From Scyliorhinus canicula (lineage: Eukaryota): a stretch of 64,000 bases of DNA. Every line of letters begins with the position of its first letter. Position 1 is the stretch's first letter. The position numbers were made by a program, and so were the translations under genes. The DNA lies in contig NC_052158.1 in the NCBI RefSeq assembly GCF_902713615.1, positions 39,237,729 to 39,301,728 of the forward strand, read 5' to 3'. The notes under the pieces were generated by a model. The model had not been told where the DNA came from, made no database searches, and saw nothing but the letters and a program-made list of their open reading frames with translations. Shown one piece after another: positions 33,259 to 45,869 of the stretch.

Positions 33259-34503
33259 ACTAAAAATCAAGGGGACCCACGATGTCTCTGGTAGCATATG
33301 GGCGACAGTCACCCCGATTCCCACTTGTCTTCAGGGTCCAGACATAATGGGGTGCGACTGGCTCCAACACATGAAAGTGAATTGGGGGGAAATATTCAAG
33401 CTGGGCGAGGGGGACCTGGACGACGTTGATGTTATTCAAAGATATTCTGAGGTCTTCCGGGACAAAGTGGGAAAGATAAAGCCGAAATATATTCAGACCC
33501 TGAGGCCACACCAGGATTTTATACGGTCCATTATTCCATGTTAGATAAAGTGGAAACAGAGCTTCAGTGCCTTAAAGACCGAGCCATTATTAAACTGGTA
33601 CGGTTCACATGGCACCCATCACACCAATCCTCAAGCCAGACAAGACGGTCTGAATTTTTGGGGATTTTAAACTAACAGTCAATCGAGTGGCCAAATTTGA
33701 CCACTACCCCATATTTAAGATTGAGGACGTGTACGCTAAACTCGCTGGGAGCTTGACGTTCACCAAGCTGGACATGAGCCATGCTTACCTGCAACTGGAG
33801 TTCGCTGAGGCATCCCAAGAGTACGCTGCCATCAACACGCACAAAGACTTGTATGAGTATACTCGGTTATCATTCTGGGTATCATCAGTGTGCACAATTT
33901 TTCAATGCACCAGAGAAAATTTGTTGCAGTGACTGCCCAAAGTTGGGATTTATTTAAATGATGTTCTGATTACCGGCTGCACGGAAGAGGAACACTTCGG
34001 CAACTTGGAAGAAGTGCCAAGAAGATTCTCCAAGTCTAGTGTGTGCTTGTAAAGGGAAAAGTACATGTTCCCGGCCAATGAAGTGACCTATTTAGGCTAC
34101 TGATCAACACAGAAGTGTTGCACCATGTGGAGGAGAAGATAAAAGCCATCAGAGAAGCCCCTGCCCCGAAAAACACTCAGCAGTTGAATTCCTTTTTGGG
34201 GATGATGAACTATTACAGTAGATTCCTTCCGAATGTGGTCACTATGTTAGCGCCATTGTACGTTTTGTTGAAGAAACACCAGAAATGGTTCTGGAAAGCA
34301 CCCCAGGAGGAGGCCTTCAATCAAGTGAAGCAGCGTCTTCAGCCCACTAGTTTACTGATCCATTTTGACCCTCAAAAGGAACTGTCCTCACCTGCGACAT
34401 GTCTCCATATGGGATTGGAGCCATTCTTTCTCACCGATTGCCCAATGGAACAGACAGGCCCAATCGCCTATGTATCCTGAACTCTCTCTGAGGCAGAGAA
34501 AGG

Positions 34504-35721
34504 GGGCGGGATTCTCCAGTCCCGCGGCAGAGTGTACATACCGTTGTAAATGCTGTCGCATTTTACGACGGCGTGAATGGGCCGCTCCCACGTCTAATTC
34601 TGGCCCCTATAGGGGGCCAGTACGGCGTTGGAGCGGTTTGCGCCACTCCAGCTGCAGATCCCGGTGCAAACTGGGCACCGCGGGATCCGTGCATGTGCAG
34701 TTGTGCCGGCGCCAACGAGGACATTCGCAGTGTCCTCCTTCAATGAGCCGGCCCCGAAGCAACATGGCGCAGGGCTACAGGGGCCACTGCGTAGGAAAGG
34801 AGGCCCCCCAGCCACAGAGGCTGGCCTGCCGATCGCTGGGTCCTGATCGCGGGCCAGGCCATTTCATTACCCCCCCCCCCCGGGGTCGGACCCTCCTTAT
34901 CCTCCTCCCTCTCCGCCACAGGCCGCCACCCGACCCTTGCACGCCGTGGTCCCGCCGGCCCAGAGCAGGTTAGAACGGCGTCAGCGGGACTCGGCTCTTT
35001 TCCTACGGCCGCTGGGCCCATCCGGGCCGGAGAATCGGCGGGCCCAGCGGCTGTCGGAAAAGAGCCGAGTCCCGCTGGCATAGGGCGGCTCGCGACCGGC
35101 GTCGCGCCAACCAGATTGCGGAGAATTGCGTGCCAGCGTCGTGCCAACCAGATTGCGGAGAATTGCGTGCCAGCATCGTGCCAACCAGATTGCGGAGAAT
35201 CGCGTGCCAGCGTCGCGCCAACCAGATTGCGGAGAATCGCGTGCCAGCATCGTGCCAACCAGATTGCGGAGAATTGCGTGCCAGCATCGTGCCAACCAGA
35301 TTGCGGAGAATCGCGTGCCAGCGTCGCGCCAACCAGATTGCGGAGAATCGCGTGCCAGCGTCGTGCCAACCAGATTGCGGAGAATCGCGTGCCAGCGTCG
35401 CGCCAACCAGATTGCGGAGAATCGCGTGCCAGCGTCGCGCCAACCAGATTGCGGAGAATCGCGTGCCAGCGTCGTGCCAACCAGATTGCGGAGAATCGCG
35501 TGCCAGCGTCGTGCCAACCAGATTGCGGAGAATCGCGTGCCAGCGTCGCGCCAACCAGATTGCGGAGAATCGCGTGCCAGCGTCGTGCCAACCAGATTGC
35601 GGAGAATCGCGTGCCAGTGTCGCACCAACCAGATTGCGGAGAATCACGTGCCGGCGTCGGGGCAGCGTGGCCCGTTCGCGGGGATTCTCCTGCCCGTTGT
35701 GGGGCTGGGAGAATCCCGCCC
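34504..35721. mobile_element. Harbinger-like MITE with an internal 36-bp tandem expansion
   Basis: Perfect 14-bp TIRs GGGCGGGATTCTCC / GGAGAATCCCGCCC; 3-bp TSD AGG (34501-34503, 35722-35724). Confidence 0.88.
35100..35650. repeat. 36-bp tandem repeat, ~15 copies
   Basis: Unit CGTGCCAGCGTCGCGCCAACCAGATTGCGGAGAATC; 12-aa periodic ORFs in all frames. Confidence 0.95.
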
Positions 35722-36134
35722 AGGCTACTCTCAAACTGAATAGGAGACCTTGGCAGTTATGTTCAGCATTAAGATATTTGACCAATACGTCTGTGGATGG
35801 CATTTCAGTTGGTGATTGATCACAAACCCTTGTTAGGATAATTCAAGGAGAATAAGGCAGTTCCCCATTGCCTCTGCCTGAATATATCGCTGGATGTTGT
35901 TACTGTCAGCCTATGAATATATGTTGGAGAATTGGCCTGAGGCCCAATTATGTCACACCACTGCCTTGAGTTGTCTACTGTAACCCATAAGCTCCGCGTC
36001 CCCACAGGAGGAAGTCCTGATGACTTTAAACTGCCGGGAGACATTACCGGTGTCCACAAGACAAATCAGGTTGTGTACACAAAGAGACACCATCCTGTAA
36101 AAATTGGGCATATGATTATGAACGGTGGTTTCCG

Positions 36135-36375
36135 GGCAGCACGGTGGCCGGAAAGTGGTTTCCAGGCAGCACGTTAGCACAACCGCCTCACGGCGCTGAG
36201 GTCCCAGGTTCGATCCCGGCTCTGGGTCACTGTCCATGTGGAGTTTGCACATTCTCCCCGTGTCTGCGTGGGTTTCGCCTCCACAACCCAAAAATGTGCA
36301 GGCTAGGTAGATTGGCCACACTAAATTGTCCCTTAATAGAAAAAATAATTGGGTAATCTAAATTTAAAAAAAAAA
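36135..36375 (+). mobile_element. tRNA-derived SINE with A-rich tail
   Basis: SINE head and body, flanked by a near-perfect direct repeat ATGAA(C/T)GGTGGTTTCC. Confidence 0.85.
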
Positions 36376-36469
36376 TGAATGGTGGTTTCCCTGGACCTGT
36401 TTCAGAAATGCGAAAGCCTTATTTGATCTGCGAGGACAATGTGTTCCTGTGGGAATCACACGTTGGTCT

Positions 36470-39400
36470 TCAGGATGGTCTTCACCTGAACCAGAGGGGT
36501 ACCAATATCCTGGGGGGGAGATTTGCTAGTGCTCTTCGGGGGGGTTTAAACTAATTCAGCAGGGGGATGGGAACCTAAATTGTAGTCCCAGTGTACAGGA
36601 TGTTGAGAGTAGTGAGGTCAGGGATAGGGTTAAAAGTTCGAAAGAGGGCACCGGCAAGCAGGACGCTGGTTTGGTGTGTCTACTTCAACGCCAGGAGCAT
36701 CCGGAATAAGGTGGGTGAGCTTGCAGCATGGGTTGGTACCTGGGATCTCGATGTTGTGGCGATTTCGGAGACATGGGTAGAGCAGGGACAGGAATGGTTG
36801 CTGCAGGTTCCAGGATTTAGATGTTTCTGTAAGAACAGAGAAGATGGTAAAAGAGGGGGGGGTGTGGCATTGTTAATCAAGGAAAGTATTACGGCGGTAG
36901 AAAGGACGCTTGAGGACTCGTCTACTGAGGCAGTATGGGCCGAGGTTAGGAACAGTAGAGGAGAGGTCACCCTGTTGGGAGTTGTCTATAGACCTCCGAA
37001 TAGTCCCAGAGATGTCGAGGAAAGGATTGCAAAGATGATTCTTGACAGGAGCGAGAGTAACAGGGTAGTTGTTATGGGGGACTTTAACTTTCCAAATATT
37101 GACTGGAAATACTATAGTTCGAGTACTATAGATGGGTCAGTTTTTGTGCAGTGTGTGCAGGAGGGTTTTCTGACACAGTATGTAGACAGACCAACAAGGG
37201 GCGAGGCCACATTGGATTTGGTACTGGGTAATGAACCCGGCCAGGTGTTAGATTTAGATGTAGGTGAGCACTTTGGTGATAGTGATCACAACTCGGTTAT
37301 GTTTACTTTAGCAATGGGCAGGGATAGGTATATACCGCAAGGCAAGAATTATAGCTGGGGGAAAGGCAATTATGATGCTATTCGGCAAGATTTAGGAGGT
37401 ATAGGATGGGGAAGGAAACTGCAGGGGATGGGTACAATCGAAATGTGGAGCTTTTTCAAGGAACAGCTACTGCGTGTCCTTGATAAGTATGTACCTGTCA
37501 GGCAGGGAGGAAGTTGTCGAGCAAGGGAGCCGTGGTTTACTAAGGAAGTTGAAGCACTTGTCAAGAGGAAGAAGAAGGCTTATGTTAGGATGAGACATGA
37601 AGGCTCAGTTAGGGCACTTGAGAGTTACAAGTTAGCCAGGAAGGACCTAAAGGGAGTGTTAAGAAGAGCGAGGAGAGGACACGAAAAGTCGTTGGCGGAT
37701 AGGATCAAGGAAAACCCTAAGGCTTTCTATAGGTATATCAGGAACAAAAGAATGACTCGAGTAAGATTAGGGCCAATCAAGGATAGTAGTGGAAAGTTGT
37801 GTGTGGAATCAGAGGAGATAGGGGAAGCATTAAATGGATATTTTTCGTCAGTGTTTACACTGGAGAAAGACAATGTTGTCGAGGAGAACACTCAGGTTCA
37901 GTCGACCAGGCTAGATGGAATTGAGGTTCAAAAGGAGGAGATGTTAGCAATTTTAGAAAATGTCAAAATAGATAAGTCCCCTGGGCCAGATGGGATTTAT
38001 CCTAGGATTCTCTGGGAAGCCAGAGAGGAGATTGCAGAGCCTTTGTCCTTGATATTTATGTCGTCTTTGTCGACAGGAATAGTGCCGGAAGACTGGAGGA
38101 TAGCAAATATTGTCCCCTTGTTCAAGAAGCGGAGTAGAGACAACCCTGGTAATTATAGACCTGTGAGCCTTACTTCGGTTGTGGGTAAAATGTTGGAAAA
38201 GGTTATAAGAGATAGGGTTTATAATCATCTTGAAAAGAACAAGTTGATTAGCGATACTCAACACGGTTTTGTGAAGGGTAGGTCATGTCTCACAAACCTT
38301 ATTGAGTTTTTTGAGAAGGTGACCAAACAGGTGGATCAGGGTAAAGCTGTTGATGTGGTGTATATGGATTTCAGTAAGGCGTTTGATAAGGTTCCCCACG
38401 GTAGGCTATTGCAGAAAATAAGGAAGTATGGAATTGAAGGTGATTTAGCGGTTTGGATCAGTAATTGGCTAGCTGAAAGAAGACAGAGGGTGGTGGTTGA
38501 TGGCAAATGTTCATCCTGGAGTTCAGTTACTAGTGGTGTACCGCAAGGATCTGTTTTGGGGCCACTGCTGTTTGTCATTTTTATAAATGACCTGGAAGAG
38601 GGTGTAGAAGGATGGGTTAGTAAATTTGCAGATGACACGAAGGTCGGTGGAGTTGTGGATAGTGCTGAAGGATGTTATAGGGTACAGAGGGACATAGATA
38701 AGCTGCAGAGCTGGGCTGAGAGGTGGCAGATGGAGTTTAATGCGGAAAAGTGTGAGGTGGTTCACTTTGGAAGGAGTAACAGGAATGCAGAGTACTGGGC
38801 TAATGGCAAGATTCTTGGTAGTGTAGATGAACAGAGAGATCTCGGCATCCAGGTACATAAATCCTTGAAAGTTGCCACCCAGGTTAATAGGGCTGTTAAG
38901 AAGGCATATGGTGTGCTAGCCTTTATAAGCAGGGGGATTGAGTTTCGGAACCACAGGGTCATGCTGCAGCTGTACATAACTCTGGTGCGGCCACACCTGG
39001 AGTACTGCGTGCAGTTCTGGTCACCACATTATAGGAAGGATGTGGAAGCTTTGGAAAGGGTTCAGAGGAGATTTACTAGGATGTTGCCTGGTATGGAGGG
39101 AAGGTCTTACGAGGAAAGGCTCAGGGAATTGAGGTTGTTTTCGTTAGAGAGGAGAAGGCTGAGAGGTGACTTAATAGAGACATATAAGATAGTCAGAGGG
39201 TTAGATAGGGTGGACAGTGAGAGTCTTTTTCCTCGGATGGTGATGACCAACACGAGGGGACATAGCTTTAAATTGAGGGGTGAGAGATATAGGACAGATG
39301 TCAGAGGCAGTTTCTTTACTCAGAGAGTAGTAGGGGTGTGGAACGCCCTGCCTGCAACAGTAGTAGACTCGCCAACTTTAAGGGCATTTAAGTGGTCACT

Positions 39401-39530
39401 GGATAGACATATGGATGAAAATGGAATAGTGTAGGTCAGATAGGCTTCAGATGGTTTCACAGGTCGGCGCAACATCGAGGGCCGAAGGGCCCGTACTGCG
39501 CTGTAGTGTTCTATGTTCTATGTTCTATGT
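36470..39530 (+). mobile_element. CR1 LINE, 5'-truncated in ORF1, ORF2 open
   Basis: ORF1 tail (GLHLNQRGTNILG..GLN*), ORF2, 3' UTR ending in (TTCTATG)n. Confidence 0.95.
36591..39434 (+). CDS. CR1 ORF2: APE endonuclease plus reverse transcriptase
   Basis: 947-aa open frame; YFNARS, GDFNFP, SDHN, YRPVSLTS, QHGF, GVPQGS, FADD. True start codon uncertain. Confidence 0.95.
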   Translation: MYRMLRVVRSGIGLKVRKRAPASRTLVWCVYFNARSIRNKVGELAAWVGTWDLDVVAISETWVEQGQEWLLQVPGFRCFCKNREDGKRGGGVALLIKESITAVERTLEDSSTEAVWAEVRNSRGEVTLLGVVYRPPNSPRDVEERIAKMILDRSESNRVVVMGDFNFPNIDWKYYSSSTIDGSVFVQCVQEGFLTQYVDRPTRGEATLDLVLGNEPGQVLDLDVGEHFGDSDHNSVMFTLAMGRDRYIPQGKNYSWGKGNYDAIRQDLGGIGWGRKLQGMGTIEMWSFFKEQLLRVLDKYVPVRQGGSCRAREPWFTKEVEALVKRKKKAYVRMRHEGSVRALESYKLARKDLKGVLRRARRGHEKSLADRIKENPKAFYRYIRNKRMTRVRLGPIKDSSGKLCVESEEIGEALNGYFSSVFTLEKDNVVEENTQVQSTRLDGIEVQKEEMLAILENVKIDKSPGPDGIYPRILWEAREEIAEPLSLIFMSSLSTGIVPEDWRIANIVPLFKKRSRDNPGNYRPVSLTSVVGKMLEKVIRDRVYNHLEKNKLISDTQHGFVKGRSCLTNLIEFFEKVTKQVDQGKAVDVVYMDFSKAFDKVPHGRLLQKIRKYGIEGDLAVWISNWLAERRQRVVVDGKCSSWSSVTSGVPQGSVLGPLLFVIFINDLEEGVEGWVSKFADDTKVGGVVDSAEGCYRVQRDIDKLQSWAERWQMEFNAEKCEVVHFGRSNRNAEYWANGKILGSVDEQRDLGIQVHKSLKVATQVNRAVKKAYGVLAFISRGIEFRNHRVMLQLYITLVRPHLEYCVQFWSPHYRKDVEALERVQRRFTRMLPGMEGRSYEERLRELRLFSLERRRLRGDLIETYKIVRGLDRVDSESLFPRMVMTNTRGHSFKLRGERYRTDVRGSFFTQRVVGVWNALPATVVDSPTLRAFKWSLDRHMDENGIV

Positions 39531-41164
39531 TGTCGTTCAGGGTCCTGGTAGATGGCTGTTATTGGAGGATTTGCATAATGGCCACCCAGCATATCTAAAA
39601 TGAAGGTATTGGCACGGAGCTACATGTGGTCATCCAGTATTGACACCGCTATTACTAGCACGGTCGCCAATTGCGACCAGTGTCAAGAACTTTCCATAAT
39701 CCCTTATAAAAGCAAACAAATGGTATTCATAGTCCCATCCCAAAGAGTTTATAACCACGTAGAGCTGTCAATCAAACTGTGAACTGACAGGCATCCCAGT
39801 ATGTTAATGAAAGATTGTGACATCATTCATGCAGTACTTCTCCTCTGATGCTGGATCCCAGTCTTATTGCAATTGAGTGAAATAGCAAGCACTTTTTAAT
39901 ACCAGAGACACTTTTTTCTTTTAAACATTTAAAAAGCAGGAGGTCAAAATGCCTCAAAAGAACCACAGCCTCTTGACAATTCTCTTGACAGTTCCAATGA
40001 GCTTGAATTTTCCATTGTAGCTTTTTATATGCGTTCACGTCAAATTACAACGATCTAAAAGAGAATATTGCTTCTCCAAAAGGATATCCTTCTTCTCCAA
40101 AGATCTTTGGCACCTTGTCCTATCAGGTCTAAAGTGGACAAGTTATGTTTTGAACATCCAACCAGACAGCTGCACTTTAACAAATACAGTTGCCTCTGTG
40201 AATTACAAATGTGCACATGAGAACTCGCCCTCATTCCAACCCCCCACCCCACCCCCTTTCAGGCATTCACTGCCATTTTATAATGACTGAAGTCTGTCTG
40301 TCTGCAAACTCATGTTGTATGTCTGGAGAAATGTCAATATGCCTATTAGTGTTAAAATGTCCACACTCTGATAAACAGATGCAAACCCAACACAGTTTGA
40401 CCACACACAACAGCGAGTTTAAAATGGAGAAAGGCTGGAATGCACTGGGTTCCAAAACAAAAACCCCTCTAACAGCCAAACCTCAAGACCCAAAAGAAAT
40501 TCAATTCCAAATGAGTGTTATCCAAAGAGGAAGATGAGAAACTGAAACTTAAAATTGGCTGTTGCAGACAGTGCCAGGTGTCGCAGTTGTAAGGTCGATG
40601 TGTGGAGGCTTGAATGAGTGCAGAGTGTGGGTTCAGCTCTTCATGTTTCTCTTGCTTCACCGTGGAAACAAGGGAAGGAATTGTAATCCAGTTTCATTTT
40701 TCCCCAGGCAGTGGGGGCGTGTGAGCCCAGTACATACATGTTATATTCCTAACTTTCAATAGAGGAACACAGGGAATACAGGAACAAGAGGAGGTCATTA
40801 GCCCTTCGAGCCTGACTGCCATTTAATACGATTGTGGCTGATCAGACACTTCCATGTCTTTTAGGCCCAAAATCCCTTCACATTATTGACAATCAGAAAT
40901 CTATCAATCTCTACACACTCTAAATGACTCGGCTTCTGAAGATTCACAACCCTCTGTGTGCAGAAATTTCTCCTCATCTCGATCCCGACTGGCTCAGGAA
41001 ATACAGGCCCAGTTTTCCCATCTCTCTTTATAAGACAGTCCCGCCATCCCCGGAAAAAGTCTGGCTAATCTTTACAGCCCTTTTTTGTCCCCTACCTTTG
41101 TAAGGTAGGCGGACCAAAACTGCACACAGTACTCCCGGTGGGGTCTAAGCTCTGATACAATTCT

Positions 41165-43495
41165 ATAGAATAGATAGAACATTACAGCGCAGCACGGGCC
41201 CTTCAGCCCTCGATGTTGCGCCGACCTGTGAAACCATCTGCAGCCTATCTGACCTACACTATTCCATTTTCATCCATATGTCTATCCAGTGACCACTTAA
41301 ATGCCCTTAAAGTTGGCGAGTCTACTACTGTTGCAGGCAGGGTGTTCCACACCCCTACTACTCTCTGAGTAAAGAAATTGCCTCTGATATCTGTCCTATA
41401 TCTACCACCCCTCAATTTAAAGCTATGTCCCCTCGTGTTGGTCATCACCATCTGAGGAAAAAGACTCTCACTGTCCACCCTATCTAACCCTCTGACTATC
41501 TTATACGTCTCTATTAAGTCACCTCTCAGCCTTCTCTCTAACGAAAACAACCTCAAGTCCCTGAGCCTTTCCTCGTAAGACCTCCCCTCCATACCAGGCA
41601 ACATCCTAGGAAATCTCCTCTGAACCCTTTCCAAAGCTTCCACATCCTTCCTATAATGTGGTGACCAGAACTGCACGCTCTACTCCAGAGCTATGTACAG
41701 CTGCAGCATGACCTTGTGGCTCCGAAACTCAATCCCCCTACTGATAAAGGCTAGCACACCATATGCCTTCTTAACAGCCCTATTAACCTGGGTGGCAACT
41801 TTCAGGGATTTATGTAGCTGGATGCCGAGATCTCTCTGTTCATCTGCACTACCAAGAATCTTGCCATTAGCCCAGTACTCTGCATTCCTGTTACTCCTCC
41901 AAAGTGAACCACCTCACACGTTTCCGCATTAAACTCCATCTGCCACCTCTCAGCCCAGCTCTGCAGCTTATATATATCCCTCTGTATCCTATAACATCCT
42001 TCAGCACTATCCACAACTCCACCGACCTTCGTGGCATCTGTAAATTTACTAACCCATCCTTCTACACCCTCTTCCAGGTCATTTATAAAAATGACAAACA
42101 GCAGTGGCCAAAACAGATCCTTGCGGTACACCACTAGTAACTGAACTCCAGGATGAACATTTGCCATCAACCACCACCCTCTGTCTTCTTTCAGCTAGCC
42201 AATTACTGATCCAAACCGCTAAATCATCTTCAATCCCATACAGTACTTCATTATTTTCTGCAATAGCCTACTGTGGGGAACCTTATCAAACTCCTTACTG
42301 AAATCCATATATACCACATCAACCGCTTTACCCTCATCCACCTGTTTGGTCACCTTCTCAAAAAATTCAATAAGGTTTGTGAGGCATGACCTACCCTTCA
42401 CAAAACCGTGTTGACTATCGCTAATCAACTTGTTCTTAGAACTTAGAACTTAGAACAGTACAGCACAGAACAGGCCCTTCGGCCTTCAATGTTGTGCCGA
42501 GCAATGATCACCCTACTCAAGCCAACGTATCCACCCTATACCAGTAACCCAACAAACCCCCATTGACCTTATTTTTTAGGACACTAAGGGCAATTTAGCA
42601 TGGCCAATCCACCTAACCCGCACATCTTTGGACTGTGGGAGGAAACCGGAGCACCCGGAGGAAACCCACGCACACACGGGGAGGACGTGCAGACTCCGCA
42701 CAGACAGTGACCCAGGTTCGATTCCCGGCTGGGTCACTGTCTGTGCGGAGTCTGCACGTCCTCCCCGTGTGTGCGTGGGTTTCCTCCAGGTGCTCCGGTT
42801 TCCTCCCATAGTCCAAAGATGTGCGGGTTAGGTGGATTGGCCATGCAAAATTGCCCTTAGTGTCCTAAAAAATAAGCCCAGGGGACTTATCTATTTTGAC
42901 ATTTTCCAAAATTGCTAACACCTCCTCCTTTTGAACCTCAATTCCATCTAGCCTGGTCGACTGAACCTGAGTATTCTCCTCGACAACATTGTCTTTCTCC
43001 AGTGTAAACACTGACGAAAAGTATCCATTTAACGCTTCCCCAATCTCCTCTGATTCCACACACAACTTTCCACTACTATCCTTGATTGGCCCTAATCTTA
43101 CTCTAGTCATTCTTTTGTTCCTGATATACCTATAGAAAGCCTTAGGGTTTTCCTTGATCCTATCCGCCAACGACTTTTCGTGTCCGCTCCTCGCTCTTCT
43201 TAACTCTCCCTTTAGGTCCTTCCTGGCTAACTTGTAACTCTCAAGTGCCCTAACTGAGCTTTCATGTCTTATCCTAACATAAGCCTTCTTCTTCCTCTTT
43301 ACAAGTGCTTCAACTTCCTTAGTAAACCACGGTTCCCTTGCTCGACAACTTCCTCCCTGCCTGACAGGTACATACTTATCAAGGACATGCAGTAGCTGTT
43401 CCTTGAAAAAGCTCCACGTTTCTATTGTACCCATCCCCTGCAGTTTCCTTCCCCATCCTATACATCCTAAATCTTGCCGAATAGCATCACAATTG
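41165..43495 (-). mobile_element. Second copy of the same CR1 family, 5'-truncated, with an internal deletion replaced by a fold-back SINE
   Basis: ORF fragments 41254..41676, 41802..42170, 42219..42428 and 42865..43524 are nearly identical to parts of the 947-aa ORF2. Confidence 0.92.
42438..42876. mobile_element. Fold-back (palindromic) SINE
   Basis: 148-bp arms 42568-42715 and 42729-42876 around a 13-nt loop; the left arm continues into the SINE tail. Confidence 0.9.
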
Positions 43496-43550
43496 AAGCA
43501 AATCATTACTACTCCTGTACTCAAATCCTCTCACGCTAAATACTAACATT

Positions 43551-43872
43551 CATAGAATCATAGAATTCCCTATAGTGCAGAAGGAGGCCATTCGGCCCAG
43601 TTTGCACTCAAACGAACAATTCCCTCACACCCCTTCCTTGTCCCCGTAATCCCACCTAACCTTTTTGCACACTAAGGGGCAATTTATCATGACCAATCCA
43701 TCTAATTTGCACATCTTTGGACTGTGAGAGGAAACCGGAGCATCCGGAGGAAACCCACCCAGACACAGGGAGAAAGTGAAAACTCCACACAGACAGTCAC
43801 CCGAGGTCGGAATCGAACCTGGATCCCTGGTGCTGTGAAGCAGCAGTGCTAACCTCTGTACCACCGTGCTGC
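43551..43872 (-). mobile_element. tRNA-derived SINE
   Basis: Reverse complement of the SINE head, body and tail. Confidence 0.85.
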
Positions 43873-43879
43873 TCCCTTT

Positions 43880-44330
43880 GCCTTCCTCATAGCGTGCTGC
43901 ACCTGTATGCCAGCCTTTGTACAAAGTGTAGACTTTGTACGTCTATACTTTCTAATTGCTTAACATTTGGGGAATACTCTGCACATCTGTTACGTCTACC
44001 AAAATGGATGACCTCACTTTTTTCCACATTATATTCCACCTGCCATGTTCTTGCCCACTCACTAAGTCTGTCCAAATTCTCATGTAGCCGCTTTATATCT
44101 TCCTCACAATGTACAGCCCCACCTAACTTTGTGTCACCCGCAAACTTGGAAATATTACATTTGCTCCTCTTATGCAAACCATTGATATATATAGTGTGAC
44201 CAGCTGGGTACTAAGTACTGATCCTTATGGTACTCCACCAGCCACAGCCTGCCTACATGAGAATGACCCGTTTATTCCTACTCTCTGTTTGATGCCTGTT
44301 AGCCAATCCTCGATCCATAACAGATGTTGC
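43880..44330 (-). mobile_element. Older CR1 RT fragment
   Basis: ISKFAGDTKLGG, WQVEYNVEKSEVIHFG. Confidence 0.8.
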
Positions 44331-45020
44331 CTCCTGCACGAGCTTTATTCAATGTGGATATTTAGGAGTTGGCATTTCCTTTAAAAAGTGAGCAATGTGC
44401 TACAAAGGTGATCGATCACTCAAGGTCAGATGACCTACCCTGAGAATTTAAAAAGTGACTCACTGTCTAATAGACAAAACGGTACATCATTGGTTTAAAA
44501 AGCTGTCAACCACACTAATGCTGAGACCATTGAAAGACATTGCCGATTTGAATGGGTTTTTTTTGAAACAAGGAAGGTCATCATTATAACCTCCTCAGGG
44601 TGACTGTGTGAAAACAATAAACCAGAATGTAGCTCATCGTCCTAATGTGACCACAATTTCAGAAAGGAATTGTGAGAAAGCAGCCATGTCTGTCTCCTTT
44701 TAATCTCTAAATGCTGCCTGCAGAAAGCTAGGATCGAAAGGACAATAACATCAATGCCTTTAGACCTGGAGGCTATAATATTGTAAGGTCTCCAATCCTG
44801 TTCCATTTCAGGATCAATAATACAGTGCCCTGAACTCCCGGTACTGAGACTGCAAGCTTTGTGACCTGCAGGAAGTCATCGAATCATAGAATCCCGATAG
44901 TGCGGAATGAGAATGTTCTGCCCATTGAATCTGCACTGACCTTCTGAAACAGCATTCTCCCTGGGCCCACTCCCCCACCATATCCCCGTAACTCCACAAA
45001 TCTTTGGAAACTTACCTAGA

Positions 45021-45352
45021 AACATAGAATTCCTACAGAAGGAGGCCATTCAGCCCATCGAGTCTGCACTGACCCTCTGAAAGAGCACCCTACCGAGGAC
45101 CACTCCTTGCCTTACCCCTGTAACTCCATCTAACCTACACATCCTTGGACACTAACGGGATATTTTGTTTGGCCAATCCACCAAACACGCACATCTCTGG
45201 ACTGTGGGAGGAATTCAAAGCACCCGGAAGAAACCCACAGACATAGAGAGCAAGTGCAAACTCCACATAGACAGTCACTCAAGGCCAGAATTGAACTATG
45301 GTCCCTGGCACTGTGAGGCAGCAGTGCTAACCATTGTGTCACCGTGCTGCCT
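45021..45352 (-). mobile_element. tRNA-derived SINE
   Basis: Reverse complement of the SINE family. Confidence 0.82.
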
Positions 45353-45869
45353 TTAAGAGAACCCTGGCAATGACTGTGATATTCGACTTCAACTGTTGAT
45401 TCACCCAAACTATATCTCTTAGGTGTGTGGATATCTTTTCATCACATCTGCAATGTGTATTTTCCAGAGCATGAGAATGACATGATTATGAACTGTTCCT
45501 TTTGTTGATAATATATAAACTTGCACTATTTTCTTCAACTAGACTTAGCTTGAGTCTATTTGTATTCCCTCTAGTGTGAGTGCATTTCATAGTGTTGGAT
45601 TTCAGGGTGAGTGGTAAATTATGAAACCATCTTTCTTTATTTAAACTCGCAAGTAGCTTGCTGCTGCTTAAGCAAATTGTCCACACCTGTTGTTATTAAA
45701 GGTTCACTGATTACAGATGGTTGGGAAGGGAACTGAGATTTCAGCAGTTGTCTCACCCTGTCCGTAACAGTGTGTATGACAGAATCTTTACAGTACAGAA
45801 GGCCATTTTGACCCATCGAGTCTGAACAGGCTTTCTGAAAGTACATCGTACCTGGTCCCAATCCCCTGC

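Larger units (their letters stand above)
33270..39690 (+). pseudogene. pol: Old Gypsy pol remnant without LTRs, interrupted by a MITE, a SINE and a CR1
   Basis: RT (FTKLDMSHAYLQL), RNase H (AEK|GYSQ split by the MITE, DHKPLLG) and IN zinc finger (LHNGH...CDQC at ~39570-39690); many stops. Confidence 0.8.

Noticed and set aside
34740-35819. 200-280-aa ORFs in all six frames
   Set aside because: Products of the stop-free 36-bp tandem repeat.
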